Below, piece by piece: positions 49,081 to 58,683 of a stretch of DNA of 61,843 bases (position 1 is the first letter of the stretch; each line of letters begins with the position of its first letter). The stretch spans positions 1-61,843 of the IMG/VR virus record IMGVR_UViG_3300042360_000496, one strand, 5' to 3'. The stretch is from a virus (taxonomy: Duplodnaviria > Caudoviricetes). The notes below the pieces were generated by a model. That model worked only from the letters and a program-made list of their open reading frames with translations, was not told the DNA's origin and did not search any database. The position numbers and the translations under genes are program-made.

Positions 49081-49509
49081 ATGATAAACACACTAGAAAA
49101 AGTTAGAGAATTTGCCCAAGCTTTCACACCAAATCAGTGTGGATTCATAACCTACAATTCGCCAACCAAACAGATCGTTGCTCTTCGTTTACAACTACTA
49201 ATTGAAGAAGTCGGGGAATTAGCCCATGGTCTAGCAAAAGATGATCCAATGGAGATCCTGGATGCTTTATCGGATATTCAGTATGTTCTCGATGGGACTT
49301 ACCTAGCTCTTGGACTTGACAGATTTAAAGAGGCAGCTTTTATGGAGGTCCATAGATCTAACATGAGTAAGTTGGGGAGTGATGGTAAGCCCATAATAAA
49401 CGGAGCTGGAAGAGTGGTGAAGAGCGAAAATTATCGGGAGCCAAATTTACCAAAAGTTGTTAATGATATTCTATTAAATGGCTTAACAGGAGAAACAATA
49501 AATGGATGA
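49081..49509 (+). CDS. MazG-like NTP pyrophosphohydrolase (dUTPase-like)
   Basis: L..EE..EL, DAL.D..YV..G, EVH.SNMSK, G.V.K. Confidence 0.88.
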   Translation: MINTLEKVREFAQAFTPNQCGFITYNSPTKQIVALRLQLLIEEVGELAHGLAKDDPMEILDALSDIQYVLDGTYLALGLDRFKEAAFMEVHRSNMSKLGSDGKPIINGAGRVVKSENYREPNLPKVVNDILLNGLTGETING

Positions 49510-49855
49510 AACATACAAAAAGCTGCTTGAGCTTATACTAAGAAATTCCAAGGTTCCAGTCAAGTTTGTGGTTAACCAATCTTTGTTTGATTTTCACTTA
49601 GAATATAACACTGCTCTAGCAAAAAGTTGGACTGTTTCTATAGAAACAATATACGAACCTTATCTTGACGATATTTTCTTCACTGAAAGAGAAAAAATGT
49701 TGAAATACGTCTATGACAGATATTTTCCAATTTACGACTCCATTGGAGATGTACCATTAGGACTGTTGGATTCACTTGTAGAAGAGAAAATAAAGACAAC
49801 AGAATGTGTTCTAGTAAAAATAAAGCAGGGAGAAAAGTATGGAAATATTTTGTAA
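49502..49855 (+). CDS. Hypothetical protein
   Basis: Coupled ORF. Confidence 0.55.
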   Translation: MDETYKKLLELILRNSKVPVKFVVNQSLFDFHLEYNTALAKSWTVSIETIYEPYLDDIFFTEREKMLKYVYDRYFPIYDSIGDVPLGLLDSLVEEKIKTTECVLVKIKQGEKYGNIL

Positions 49856-50183
49856 AGAAATAGACTCCATAATAAAAGAAAAAATTGACTATCTAGAGTG
49901 GAGACTTTCTCTTTTATCAAAAGAGAAAGTACAGCTAGAAAAAAGAATACAAAACTTAAAAGGAGAAAATCAAATGAGCTTAAGAAAAGTAAAATATGCG
50001 ACTAATGGTGAAATGGCAAGCGAAAAAGTCTTCACTGAGAGTGGACTTTTCCATCAATGGGGAGTTGAATCCTCTTGTGGACCAGATGAAAATGGCGTTA
50101 TGGATTCTGTTGCTATCGTTGAACTGCCAGATGGAACAATAAAATTGATATTAGCACATCTTATTAAGTTTGAAGGAGAATAA
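49839..50183 (+). CDS. Hypothetical protein
   Basis: G.FHQWG...AIVE..DG motif; an internal AAGGAG RBS suggests a second start near 49975. Confidence 0.6.
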   Translation: MEIFCKEIDSIIKEKIDYLEWRLSLLSKEKVQLEKRIQNLKGENQMSLRKVKYATNGEMASEKVFTESGLFHQWGVESSCGPDENGVMDSVAIVELPDGTIKLILAHLIKFEGE

Positions 50184-50379
50184 AATGACCATACAATTTT
50201 TAATTAAAAAAGGAACAGCAAGTGTTATTAATAAATACTGCAACAACAAAACTGGTTTTATTGCTAACATGGAGATTGCTCCTAACTTGTGGAGAATTGT
50301 GTATGATGATGGAAAGGGAGAGGATTTTGAGGAACAATTAAAAAAGATTAGAGAAAAGAAAAGGAGAACAAATGACTGA
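50170..50379 (+). CDS. Hypothetical protein
   Basis: ORF; likely starts at the internal Met after AAGGAG. Confidence 0.55.
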   Translation: MKENKMTIQFLIKKGTASVINKYCNNKTGFIANMEIAPNLWRIVYDDGKGEDFEEQLKKIREKKRRTND

Positions 50380-50620
50380 GCTAGAACTTTATAAATTAAT
50401 TGAAAAATATGCCTCCAGTCACCATTGGAACAATGAAGGTACAGATGTTATAGTCCTTGTTAACAATTGTGATATTGAAGAGTTTGTAGAAAAGTTACCA
50501 AAATTTGAGAATGGTCTAAAGATCACTCTAATGGACGGATACATAGCTTTTGAAATGTCTGAGATCTGTGATAAATGTGATATCGAAATGACTAATGTCT
50601 TTCCAAAGGAGGAGGAATGA
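50372..50620 (+). CDS. Hypothetical protein
   Basis: AAGGAG RBS; MTELELYK. Confidence 0.65.
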   Translation: MTELELYKLIEKYASSHHWNNEGTDVIVLVNNCDIEEFVEKLPKFENGLKITLMDGYIAFEMSEICDKCDIEMTNVFPKEEE

Positions 50621-50907
50621 AAACTGACTTAGAAAAAACAACAGATAAACTAAGACTTGCCCATAGATTATCGGAGCTTCTTGGGATGAAGGAAGACTAC
50701 ATAACTGTCACTGAGCTTGTTGCTGTCGCAAAAGAAATTCATACTTCTTATGGCCAAGAAACTTGGAGGGTAGAATGTTATTGTCCTGGGATGTCTGTAG
50801 ATTATTATTTACAATGTGTGGTGCAGCACTTATTTCAAACTTATGGTGAAGGTTGGGTCTCAGCGAATCTAGAGGCTCTTCTGAATCAATATGAAAGGAG
50901 TTTATGA
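50617..50907 (+). CDS. Hypothetical protein
   Basis: GGAGG RBS, ATGA coupling. Confidence 0.6.
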   Translation: MKTDLEKTTDKLRLAHRLSELLGMKEDYITVTELVAVAKEIHTSYGQETWRVECYCPGMSVDYYLQCVVQHLFQTYGEGWVSANLEALLNQYERSL

Positions 50908-51800
50908 AAATCCCATCCTTCAGAACTTTTTTTAAACGACATGGTTTTGATGGAGTGGTTTCAACTTTTGCTCCTTTAGTTCTGGCACCGATAGCTCTCA
51001 CTGGAATGCTTTCTAACAGCCCAACATACCCCTTAGTTATGATGGGTCTCTGGAGCAATTCCCTCTTCCAAGGAGTGAAGCAAGCCTCACCCAGCAGAAT
51101 CTTTTCCTATTCCCTTGCCCTTCTATTTGGGCTTAACTGGTGTAGAGAGAAACTCCAAAATTTTTTGCCAAAAATTCCATTAAGAAATAATAAAGAATCC
51201 AATAGAAAAGCTGGAGAAAAGAAGTCTGAGAGAAAGATTGGAGATTTTGAAAAGCTTTTCGGCAAACTTATTTATCCAGCTTTAATGATGATAACTTATC
51301 TGGCATCTGGATCTTACATGAATAAAAGTGCTAAGCCCATAGAGGGGAGCTTGACCAAGTTTGATTGGTCAAAGTATAAGAATTATTTGTCACACAATTT
51401 TAAAGCTGAGACTCAATGGTTAAAAAATCCATTTAAAAGTCTTCCTCTTGGACTCAACTTCTGTCAGATGATTCTGAGAGGATCCTCAAGTGCCTTATTT
51501 GGGTTGGCATTTATTCAATCGGGACTTAACTTTGATGAGAATTCCATCAGTCGTATTGCGGACAAGATACTCTGGGCAGGAGACTTTCTTGGTGGTGCAA
51601 CAGATATTGCTACAGGTTGCAATCGCGAATTGATTAAAAAATATGGAGTGTTGGCTGCTTGTCTAGAGTCTGGAGGAGGTGGAGCTGATATTTACGCAGG
51701 AATAATGAGGGATTCAAATGTTGGAATCACCTCTAGATTCGCTGCCACTGCTCTCAGTCAGATGGCAGGTGGATTGAAAGGGTTAACTAAGTCCTATTGA
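50904..51800 (+). CDS. Multi-pass membrane hypothetical protein
   Basis: AAGGAG RBS; several hydrophobic and Gly/Ala-rich helices. Confidence 0.65.
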   Translation: MKIPSFRTFFKRHGFDGVVSTFAPLVLAPIALTGMLSNSPTYPLVMMGLWSNSLFQGVKQASPSRIFSYSLALLFGLNWCREKLQNFLPKIPLRNNKESNRKAGEKKSERKIGDFEKLFGKLIYPALMMITYLASGSYMNKSAKPIEGSLTKFDWSKYKNYLSHNFKAETQWLKNPFKSLPLGLNFCQMILRGSSSALFGLAFIQSGLNFDENSISRIADKILWAGDFLGGATDIATGCNRELIKKYGVLAACLESGGGGADIYAGIMRDSNVGITSRFAATALSQMAGGLKGLTKSY

Positions 51801-52169
51801 CACTGTAAACCATCCCCCCGCCTCCATTTCTGCTTCTGTTTTTATATTACTCACTAAGCTTGCAGGTATATGTTCAATCGGCTTGATGCTCTGACTATTT
51901 GCGATCAAGTTTTCTAACTCAGTTGCTTCACTGGCTGTAATTGTAGCTTTAATTGTGTCTACCAATAAAATAGGATTTGCTTCTGGTGAGATTGGCAGTA
52001 AATCGTTTTCTGGGAATACTAATGCCACTTCGTTATTTTCGGGATGTTCAATCCAACCGCAATAATATTGAGTTGTTTCATTAAAAGCGGGAACGCTCAT
52101 CCCATAGATAAAACGGCTAATTGCTTGAGCGTATGCGGTTGATGGTGTTTTTAAAATTAAATATTTCAT
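51783..52169 (-). CDS. Hypothetical protein, partner of the lectin-like gene
   Basis: AAGGA RBS; same strand and adjacent to 52178..53086. Confidence 0.7.
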   Translation of the reverse strand: MKYLILKTPSTAYAQAISRFIYGMSVPAFNETTQYYCGWIEHPENNEVALVFPENDLLPISPEANPILLVDTIKATITASEATELENLIANSQSIKPIEHIPASLVSNIKTEAEMEAGGWFTVSIGLS

Positions 52170-52177
52170 GATTTTCC

Positions 52178-53086
52178 TTATGCAACGGTGATGCCGTAGT
52201 ATTGCCCTTGGTTACGCTCAAGCGTTTGACGGTCGGTGGTGGAGAATGCCGATGGGAATACGATAGTTTCTGAGTTATACCCATCGTAATACCACTGACT
52301 GTCACCGCGTTGACCAATAAAAAGTTGGTTCAGGGTGATCCTTCCACCCGTTCCATTATTGCCACCGTTTGTCCGAATGTTTGATTCTGTCGCAGTCGTG
52401 GTTAAGCTCACAACATAAGACTGTCCTATTGTTGGCAAAAAGCCTGTCTGCACTACTGGAACCCCTGCGTCTGGAATGTATCCCAATGAGGCATTTGGGG
52501 TTGGCGGAAAGAATCCAGTAAAGCTGCTGAATATTCCCCTTGGTACGGAACCGCTGCCAGTCCCAATAGAATAGCGAACAGTTGGTGCTTGTGTTACGTC
52601 ATTTAGCACAGATGACAAGGTAAGCTGAGAAAGTGGCAGGGATACACCACTGAAAGACGTATTTGACCCGTTAAACCTGATAGCGGGTTTGCCGTTGGCA
52701 ATATTAATCACCCCTGCATTCACAATGTGCGGCTGCGATCCTGCCGTGGTCTGCGTGGCATTGCGCCCGTTGCCAGATTGGTCATACCAAGTGGTAACAA
52801 AGCCGTTGCCAGCACCACAATGAGCAAGCAAAGCAACAGTGTCTAAGTCACCACTTGTAGTAAAGCCAATATCAGCCTCAGCATTATCACTCGAACGTCT
52901 AACCCTGATAGCATTGCCAGTGTATGCATTTCTTAGTTTCCGCAATGAGTAAGCAGCCGATGAGCTAACACTTAAGCGGTCTAGAATGCCTATAAAGATT
53001 GGTGAATTTAGAGAATTTAGAGAATTTCTTCTCTTCTTCCTGATGTAATAGAGGACAGCACGCCAAGTTTTATTATTTTTAAACAA
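52178..53086 (-). CDS. Concanavalin A/LamG-like (arabinofuranosidase-B catalytic-like) fibre protein
   Basis: AAYSLRKL..AY.G.AIRVRR.SD..E.DIGF, V..WYDQSGNG...Q, LE.NQ..YY. Confidence 0.75.
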   Translation of the reverse strand: MFKNNKTWRAVLYYIRKKRRNSLNSLNSPIFIGILDRLSVSSSAAYSLRKLRNAYTGNAIRVRRSSDNAEADIGFTTSGDLDTVALLAHCGAGNGFVTTWYDQSGNGRNATQTTAGSQPHIVNAGVINIANGKPAIRFNGSNTSFSGVSLPLSQLTLSSVLNDVTQAPTVRYSIGTGSGSVPRGIFSSFTGFFPPTPNASLGYIPDAGVPVVQTGFLPTIGQSYVVSLTTTATESNIRTNGGNNGTGGRITLNQLFIGQRGDSQWYYDGYNSETIVFPSAFSTTDRQTLERNQGQYYGITVA

Positions 53087-53154
53087 TCACCAATACCACA
53101 CCAAGTAGACAATTAATTAATTAAATTATAAATTATTAATCCTATTTAAATTTG

Positions 53155-53218
53155 CTAATAAGTTAGGTATAATTCTAATAAGATGCTAAATCCACTAATT
53201 TAGCATCTTATTAGAATT
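53155..53218 (+). promoter_or_regulatory. CTAA-N4-TTAG, TATAAT and a 21-bp-arm inverted repeat
   Basis: ctaataagttag-g-tataat; aattctaataagatgctaaat / atttagcatcttattagaatt. Confidence 0.65.
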
Positions 53219-53236
53219 CACAGAAAAGGAGACAAA

Positions 53237-53911
53237 ATGTCACATTTTACAGTATTAGTAGTAGGAAATGACCCAGAAAAAGAATTAGAACCATTCAACG
53301 AGAACACAAGACTGCCGAGATATGTTAAATACACAAAAGAGCAATTAATCGCAAAAGAAAGAGAGAAAATAGAAAAATATAAAAACAGCACTTACGCAGA
53401 ATTTCTTGCAGATCCCGAGAAATATAAAGCTAAGTGTAGTCCTTTTCTGATTAATTATCTGGAAAACGAATTTCCAACAAAACTAAAGTTGGACGATGAA
53501 GGGTTACATAAATTAGCAATCGAAGATCATGAGCCAGAAGAAGTTGGACCAGACGGAGAAGTCTACTCAACTTACAATCCTAAATCAAAATGGGATCGGT
53601 ACCAACTCGGTGGGAGATGGAGCGGGATGATTAAACTCAAAGAAGGAAAAGAAGGAGTAATTGGTTCACCTGGACTTGGTGTTCATGAAGTTGGGATTGA
53701 TCAAGCCAAGAAAGGTGACATTGCCAATTTTGACGAAATAAACACCTTTGCTGTCCTTAAAGATGGTGAATGGTATGAAAGAGGAAAGATGGGCTGGTGG
53801 GCAATGGTGAGCGATGAGAAAGATGAAGAAGCTTGGGATTCGGAATTCAAAAAGCTGATTGAAGGTCTACCAGACGACACACTTATCTCTATCTATGATT
53901 GTCACATATAA
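53237..53911 (+). CDS. Conserved hypothetical phage protein
   Basis: MSHF.VLV, NP.SKWD...GGRW.G, DG.W.E.G.MGW, D.H. Confidence 0.8.
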   Translation: MSHFTVLVVGNDPEKELEPFNENTRLPRYVKYTKEQLIAKEREKIEKYKNSTYAEFLADPEKYKAKCSPFLINYLENEFPTKLKLDDEGLHKLAIEDHEPEEVGPDGEVYSTYNPKSKWDRYQLGGRWSGMIKLKEGKEGVIGSPGLGVHEVGIDQAKKGDIANFDEINTFAVLKDGEWYERGKMGWWAMVSDEKDEEAWDSEFKKLIEGLPDDTLISIYDCHI

Positions 53912-53931
53912 ACTAACGAAAAGGAGACAAA

Positions 53932-54123
53932 ATGATTGAAATTAAAAACCTAACTGAATCGCACGTCAACAGACTAGTGATTTACACACCTTTTGAAGGA
54001 TGTGAAAGCTCTGAGAAACAAACAGGTCGTATCACAAGTTGGAATGATAAGTTCATTTTCGTGGATTATGACAACACTGGGAGAGGTCAAGCTACAAACT
54101 GCAGTGATCTGAATTTTGAATAA
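53932..54123 (+). CDS. Small SH3-like hypothetical protein
   Basis: G.ITS.ND..IFV.Y; AAGGAG RBS. Confidence 0.65.
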   Translation: MIEIKNLTESHVNRLVIYTPFEGCESSEKQTGRITSWNDKFIFVDYDNTGRGQATNCSDLNFE

Positions 54124-54150
54124 ATAAAACTAACAAAAAGGAAAATTAAA

Positions 54151-54336
54151 ATGTCAAAAATACAAAATCTTTATGATTCTCTTACAGAAGCGGAGAAAAA
54201 AGAACTTCACCACATAGTTTTCGTTGAGAATGGGAGGAAGGCAGGATCCAAGAAATCCGAAATTAAAGCTGCAACCTCAGCTAAGAACGGGATCCTGGGT
54301 GGACGTCCTAAATCACTTCATCGTCAAAGTAAATAA
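54151..54336 (+). CDS. Small basic protein with NG..GGRPK motif, possibly DNA-binding
   Basis: G.K.G..KS..KA.....NG..GGRPK. Confidence 0.65.
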   Translation: MSKIQNLYDSLTEAEKKELHHIVFVENGRKAGSKKSEIKAATSAKNGILGGRPKSLHRQSK

Positions 54337-56623
54337 CATTCCATGGGATATTTGTATGAAACAAATCATCCCATGCTTGTCTACAAAAATCCAACTCTGG
54401 GAGAGAAATATAATATTTTCTCTCCCTTATTAGCATTCCCTGATCGTTTGTAGACTCAAACATTCTTTGATAGCTAACAATCTGTCCTTTTGTAACTTTA
54501 CTGATAAATTTACCGAAGCTGGTCATTGAACAACGTCTTTGAATCCCCAATTTTTTGAGATATTCTACATATTCGTAAAATAACACGTCCTTACAAATAT
54601 CTTTCTTCCAAATTCCTTCTTGCAATCTGTTAAACCACCACTCTTCATCAGCATTAAGTGAAAATATCTTTTGCTCAGTTAATGCCTCTGTTTTGGGTAC
54701 AGAGCGAACGTTAAAGTTAGTTAAATCCACTTGCAGCAAATAATAAAGAAGATGATTGTATCCTTTTCCCTCGGACAAATCTGTGTGGATCCTTTTGAAA
54801 TAATGACTATTCTGCATCTGGCACACACCAACATCCAAAACAAAGAATCTTCTTTCATCAGTTCCTGCGGGGACAACCCAGGAATTGTTACTTGCTAAAA
54901 TAACGTGTGTACAATTCAAAGAACTCTCCACGTCAATTCCTTTAGACTCTATTGATATTGACTCTTCAGTGATTAAAGTTTTTAAAACACTTTCATGCTT
55001 CTTGTCACCCGCATAGAAAGCCTCATCTCCAAATAAAATGACGCAATCTCTAAGGTGAGCATTAAAAGATCCAACAAGATGTTTAGGATCGCTGACTTGC
55101 ATGTAGTGACGCCCAAAGAGATAACCAAATTGATTGGCGAAGAAAGATTTTCCTGTACCTTGTCTCCCACGGAGAACAATAGCAGTTTGACCAGGAGAAT
55201 CAGGTTTCTGTATAGCTCTTGCCATCCATCCGATAAGATAATTATAATGTTCTTCATCGTCTTTACAGACGTTGTTTCGGAGGTGCAGGAGAAAGCTTTC
55301 ATGATTCTTGCCAGGAAGAGGTTCAACAGCAAATCCTTTCCACAAATTATAAGAATTTCTAACTTCCTTTCCTGGAGAGAACACAACCGTGTCGAACTGT
55401 CTCCTTTTTGGATTTTTTAACCACCATTCCCCCACCTGCATCAACTTGGGCTTGCCATTCTTGTCCGCACCAAATTCTACATATTGATGGAGATACCTAT
55501 TGCGAAAGTCTGCAAAAGATTGAAAGCTAAGTTTTAATCTGTTAAGACCATAGTCCATCGTCTCTTCCACAATTTTGCATTTTCCTCCAATATTAGAGAT
55601 GACTGCGAATTGATCGTTGAGCTTCCTTAACCAAGGATCTACAGCTTCTTCTACAGCTCTTTGTATTTGTCTTAACGCATATCTTTCCGAGGATCCTCTC
55701 TTCTCCAGGACGCTCTCAGAGATTAAGAAGTCCTGATCTGTTATGACGGAATACATAACTTCTTCAGGCACACTACAGCGTACCATCGCACAGAGTGCAT
55801 CAAATAACCAAGCTGATCGGCTGTTATCTCCCTTTTTTACCTCATCAGGATGATGACCATTTACAATTATGACTTTTGTTCTGGGAGGAACATCCCATTC
55901 GTCCAGATCATCTATGGAACACAATCTTTTTATGTTCCCAGATATTTCTATCTCAAGCCCAAAGGACATGCCTGTTGTTTGCAGAAGAGGGGCAGCCGAA
56001 AATTTATTTAACTCGTAGATATTATTCGGGTCAAACTCAACAACCTCCGACCAGATCGGGACTCGACCTTTCTTCCTCTTTAATTCATTGGGAATATTAA
56101 GCGTTCCAGGGAGTCTACAGAGTCGGTCTATATTGTGACAATGATCTGCCTTAAAAGTTATTTCAAGCTGCATGTTATATCTAGCAGCTTGTTCCGCTCT
56201 TTCCAGGTTTCCATCAATTTCTATCGGATATCGCAATTTCCAGAAAACTTGGTATCCACCTCCAGAAGAGACAATGATCGTAGGTGGAGGGATTTCCTTG
56301 GGCATTCTATATAAAGATTGCAACAAAGCTTGTCTCTCTTCGCTAGAACCAGAAAATGTATCAATGTCGACGTGTAGATAGTCAACTTGTTTTATTTCGC
56401 TTCTATCTGCTTTCTTGAATACAGGCTTTGCTACAGGATTAACATGCCAATAAATATTACGGACTTCATTGTAAGATTCTATCCAATTGAAACATTCCTC
56501 CTCTTGGGCAGGATAAAAAGTTTTTGTTTCAATATTTTTCTGTTCTACATCTATCGCTGTTAGAGCCCATGGACCATCCGGATGAACTTTTTGTAGGAAG
56601 TCTATCGAATCTCTAGTAGGCAT
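54308..56623 (-). CDS. Primase-helicase (RepB-like primase + SF3/NrS-1-like helicase)
   Basis: HVDID, SSGGG.Q..W, R..RLPG..N; Walker A GRQGTGKS, DEA, ASN, ERRF. Confidence 0.9.
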   Translation of the reverse strand: MPTRDSIDFLQKVHPDGPWALTAIDVEQKNIETKTFYPAQEEECFNWIESYNEVRNIYWHVNPVAKPVFKKADRSEIKQVDYLHVDIDTFSGSSEERQALLQSLYRMPKEIPPPTIIVSSGGGYQVFWKLRYPIEIDGNLERAEQAARYNMQLEITFKADHCHNIDRLCRLPGTLNIPNELKRKKGRVPIWSEVVEFDPNNIYELNKFSAAPLLQTTGMSFGLEIEISGNIKRLCSIDDLDEWDVPPRTKVIIVNGHHPDEVKKGDNSRSAWLFDALCAMVRCSVPEEVMYSVITDQDFLISESVLEKRGSSERYALRQIQRAVEEAVDPWLRKLNDQFAVISNIGGKCKIVEETMDYGLNRLKLSFQSFADFRNRYLHQYVEFGADKNGKPKLMQVGEWWLKNPKRRQFDTVVFSPGKEVRNSYNLWKGFAVEPLPGKNHESFLLHLRNNVCKDDEEHYNYLIGWMARAIQKPDSPGQTAIVLRGRQGTGKSFFANQFGYLFGRHYMQVSDPKHLVGSFNAHLRDCVILFGDEAFYAGDKKHESVLKTLITEESISIESKGIDVESSLNCTHVILASNNSWVVPAGTDERRFFVLDVGVCQMQNSHYFKRIHTDLSEGKGYNHLLYYLLQVDLTNFNVRSVPKTEALTEQKIFSLNADEEWWFNRLQEGIWKKDICKDVLFYEYVEYLKKLGIQRRCSMTSFGKFISKVTKGQIVSYQRMFESTNDQGMLIRERKYYISLPELDFCRQAWDDLFHTNIPWNVIYFDDEVI

Positions 56624-56945
56624 TCCAGAACCTCCTTAAGAGAAATGTATTCACTAGTCCTTTCTCCATTTTATTAACCCAAAGTCTCGTGCAACCTACT
56701 TCCTCAGCTAATTGTTCTTGTGTAAAACCATGTCTTTTTCTTAAAATTGTTAATTCCTCCGCTTCAGTGAGATCTTTTATAATCGGTGTTAAAATATGTT
56801 TGTAATTTTTATTATATTGTTCCTTTTCCAACGAGGTGTAGCCAGAAGTTGTAATTCCAGCCAATTTAGCAATTTGTTTTCTTTTCAAATTTTGTCGCTT
56901 ACGATTAATAATAAATGCTTCATATCTTTCCAGCTTTAATTGCAT
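56613..56945 (-). CDS. Tandem XRE-family HTH regulator
   Basis: Two HTH units, e.g. LRKRHGFTQEQLAEEVGCTR.WV..ME.G. Confidence 0.8.
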   Translation of the reverse strand: MQLKLERYEAFIINRKRQNLKRKQIAKLAGITTSGYTSLEKEQYNKNYKHILTPIIKDLTEAEELTILRKRHGFTQEQLAEEVGCTRLWVNKMEKGLVNTFLLRRFWNAY

Positions 56946-57330
56946 TTATAAATCCTCCATTCAAACCAGTGTTAGACCACCATGTAGAGATATCTTTCAG
57001 TTCTTGAGCAGTTATTTTGCCCAAGAAGTTGAAAGCAGTGAGACCGTCGAGAAGATGCCAATCCCCTCCAATGCAGATCATCACCCAAACATTCCCACCT
57101 TTCCTTGCTCTACGATGAATCCAAGCTTTTTGTTGTGGGGTGTAGTGGTCTATTATGATCGGTGTATCCTCTTTCTTAGGATAATTCTTCACCCATTTAC
57201 ACTCAATCCATCCTTCACAAAAATTTATATCTGGCGTTCCGGGATAAGCTGAGTTTTCTATTGATATAGGATCCAGATCGAATCTTTTCATATACAAATT
57301 AATGACTTGCCTCATTTTCTGTTCGCTCAT
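56920..57330 (-). CDS. PD-(D/E)xK Holliday junction resolvase/VRR-NUC-like nuclease
   Basis: IEN....GTPD, WIECK, TPQQ..W. Confidence 0.8.
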   Translation of the reverse strand: MSEQKMRQVINLYMKRFDLDPISIENSAYPGTPDINFCEGWIECKWVKNYPKKEDTPIIIDHYTPQQKAWIHRRARKGGNVWVMICIGGDWHLLDGLTAFNFLGKITAQELKDISTWWSNTGLNGGFINAIKAGKI

Positions 57331-57521
57331 CTTCTTGCTAAAATCTCCTTTTCCATTTTCTCTAGTAATATTATGTCAGTACTAATCCTGTTCTGTTCTT
57401 GTTTGAACGGAAACGGTTTTGAATTTTCGATTTCCAATTTTTTAAAAAGTTTGGATTTAACTTCTCTCAACATTTTTAAGATGTCTATTTTTTCGGCAAC
57501 ATTTGGAGCTGTCTTAGCCAC
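57327..57521 (-). CDS. Hypothetical protein
   Basis: GGAG RBS; coupled ORF. Confidence 0.55.
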   Translation of the reverse strand: MAKTAPNVAEKIDILKMLREVKSKLFKKLEIENSKPFPFKQEQNRISTDIILLEKMEKEILARR

Positions 57522-58098
57522 ATCTCCTCCTTATGTCGGCCTTGATAGAGTCAATAACGTTGTTATTGACTCTACTCAGTTCCAAGCTATTACAGATGAT
57601 TTCCGATTGCACCCCTTGGGCTTCAGGCCAGACTGCAACAACGTCTTCGTAGTATTTAGAGTCTTCGATTAAAATATAATAGTTTTTTCTGATTCTGTCA
57701 TAGTTCTGACTGAGAGATTTATCAAGTCTTTCGTGATTTTTTAAAAGTTCCAAGATTTCTTCTGGAACTTCCCACCCTACCCAATTCAAAGCTTTATGCG
57801 TTGTAGGGAAAGTTAATACATTTTCTGTTGTGAAAGTGATAACAGCGTCTTTAAATTCAAATTCTATTTTAGAATTCTTGATTTTAGGGTTACAAGAAGA
57901 CTTAAGACAGTGATGTTTTTCCAGGACTTCAGAATCTTTTTTCGGTAATTCTTTGTCTAGGAGCTTTTTGAGAGCTTTTTCGATTTTTTCTTTTCTTTCA
58001 CTAGAAAGTTTATTTTCTTCTTCTGTTTCTTTTATTAATCCCTTTACAAGATTCTTTAGGATGTATCGGTGATTTTTTGTTAACTTAGTTTTTGCCAT
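57514..58098 (-). CDS. Putative Nmad5-like (nucleotide-modification-associated) protein
   Basis: N-terminal .KLT...R..I and C-terminal V...WPEA pattern; GAAATGGAGAA RBS. Confidence 0.5.
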   Translation of the reverse strand: MAKTKLTKNHRYILKNLVKGLIKETEEENKLSSERKEKIEKALKKLLDKELPKKDSEVLEKHHCLKSSCNPKIKNSKIEFEFKDAVITFTTENVLTFPTTHKALNWVGWEVPEEILELLKNHERLDKSLSQNYDRIRKNYYILIEDSKYYEDVVAVWPEAQGVQSEIICNSLELSRVNNNVIDSIKADIRRRCG

Positions 58099-58206
58099 TT
58101 ATTTCTCCATTTCTAAAGTTTACTTTTTTAGTTTATTTTAAAAAAGTAAATAAAAAAATGGATTTACTTAATAATTTAGAAATTTCTTTTCTAAATTATT
58201 AAGGAA

Positions 58207-58668
58207 TTATACCTGACTATAAATCAACACTAAAGGTTCCAGCATCGTATAAACACCAGTTACAAAGAATTCTCTGACTGAGTCTCCATTTTTTAGAATT
58301 AGTTTTATGACTCCTTTGTCTTGTTTTTGATATGTAAGACCGATGGATTCGTCGAGATATCCATCATTACTGTCTTTGATGATAGTCATGAAGGATTCTG
58401 CTTTCCCGACGTATTTTGGCTCTTCAAGGGACATTAGTTTAGTATCATATCTTGAGAAAAAAGATTTAGTTTCCGGATTTAGATATTTTATTCTGTTTAT
58501 GTCAAAGCTGAAATTCAAGATTGAGACGGTGATTTGATTTTCAGTTTCTTTAATTTTGAAATCTTTGGGAGTTAAGCCCAAGGAAAGGAGATAGTCTCTG
58601 GGAGATTGAGGTTTGAGATTTAGAGGGAAGAATTTTTTGGATTTTCTTTTTGGTTTTTGAGTTTTCAT
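58207..58668 (-). CDS. Hypothetical early protein
   Basis: ORF with basic N-terminus. Confidence 0.6.
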   Translation of the reverse strand: MKTQKPKRKSKKFFPLNLKPQSPRDYLLSLGLTPKDFKIKETENQITVSILNFSFDINRIKYLNPETKSFFSRYDTKLMSLEEPKYVGKAESFMTIIKDSNDGYLDESIGLTYQKQDKGVIKLILKNGDSVREFFVTGVYTMLEPLVLIYSQV

Positions 58669-58683
58669 TTTTATTTTGTCAAT

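Noticed and set aside
25148-53086. Diversity-generating retroelement acting on the fibre or lectin genes
   Set aside because: No reverse transcriptase ORF, and I found no template/variable repeat pair differing at adenines
54308-56623. Integrase/lysogeny module
   Set aside because: The motifs are primase plus SF3 helicase; no recombinase catalytic residues were seen, and the HTH gene alone does not imply lysogeny
2112-58537. Numerous short antisense or alternate-frame ORFs in the track
   Set aside because: They are nested within well-supported genes, with no RBS or recognisable motifs
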